Source of the DNA: Callorhinchus milii
Taxonomy: Eukaryota
Assembly: GCF_018977255.1 (NCBI RefSeq)
Contig: NW_024704743.1
Span: 75,952,001-76,016,000 of the forward strand
DNA length: 64,000 nt
Direction: 5' to 3'
Within the stretch, counting starts at the first letter, position 1. Each line of letters opens with the position of its first letter. Made by a program: the position numbers and the translations under genes. Positions 63,368 to 64,000 of the stretch are shown here, piece by piece. The notes under the pieces were generated by a model. It ran no database searches. It saw only the letters and a list, made by a program, of their open reading frames with translations, and was not told the DNA's origin.

Positions 63368-64000
63368 GTGAGAGGAGGAGGGGCTGAGGGGGCGACAGGA
63401 GGAGGAGGGGGTGAGAGGTGTTGGGGGGAGTGGGAGAACATTGGAAGCCAAACGGGGCATTTAAGCTCCAAGTCGGGGCTGTGAGATGTCCAAACGAAAC
63501 ACATAACTCCCAAACATTTTTTTTTTTTGGAGATCATTGTATTGCAGAGAAACCGAAGGCGATTTATCAATAAGTCACCGGTCAGTCCGATGTCAATAGA
63601 ATGTTTTTCTCTCAGGAGATACCTGTGTTTTGGGCAGCTCTCTGGTGGACCTGTGTATAATTTGTCCCAACATATTTGGCAGATAATAGAAATTCCCGAG
63701 AATGGATTGGAAGCAGCCTCTGGATTGGCCCTGTAATCTTTATATAACAGTTAGTCTTGCACTGTGATCGCCATCTCAGCCTGTGCTCGCTGCCGCCGTC
63801 GGCAACAGCGGTCCTTGTCGGCATAAAAACACAACCGAAGCAGTTCAATCATTTCTCCTGAAGCTGTACGGAATCTTTTGTACGCTATGGTCAAAATTAA
63901 GATGCATCCCGCGGTCGTTTCCAGTCAGTAATCTAATCTTGTGTTTCAGGTATTCAATGGTTATAAACTGCTTGAGTTTTTTGTTCTGCTGGAATGGCGT

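Overview
Eukaryotic, repeat-rich vertebrate genomic DNA. The CR1/L2/Deu-type SINE content suggests a cartilaginous fish, which is an inference. The window holds the PDE1C-LSM5-AVL9 neighbourhood. LSM5 is complete: five exons on the minus strand, 90 aa, with a U12-type (minor spliceosome) intron 2 that carries a ~2 kb L2 LINE. AVL9 coding exon 1 is on the plus strand at the right end. A GC-rich first coding exon on the minus strand (35075-35399) is assigned to PDE1C mainly by synteny, and its >35 kb intron would fill the left half. The rest is many L2 and CR1 fragments, a young tRNA-derived SINE family with an L2-like tail, an unclassified ~600 bp repeat family, several MITE-like palindromes, a perfect 127 bp inverted duplication, a pre-miRNA-like hairpin and a 2.3 kb tetramer-built minisatellite next to the AVL9 promoter. 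There are no prokaryotic features or CRISPR arrays. Most entries in the ORF track are spurious or TE-derived. I found no single clearly new biological system; the best leads are listed as findings.
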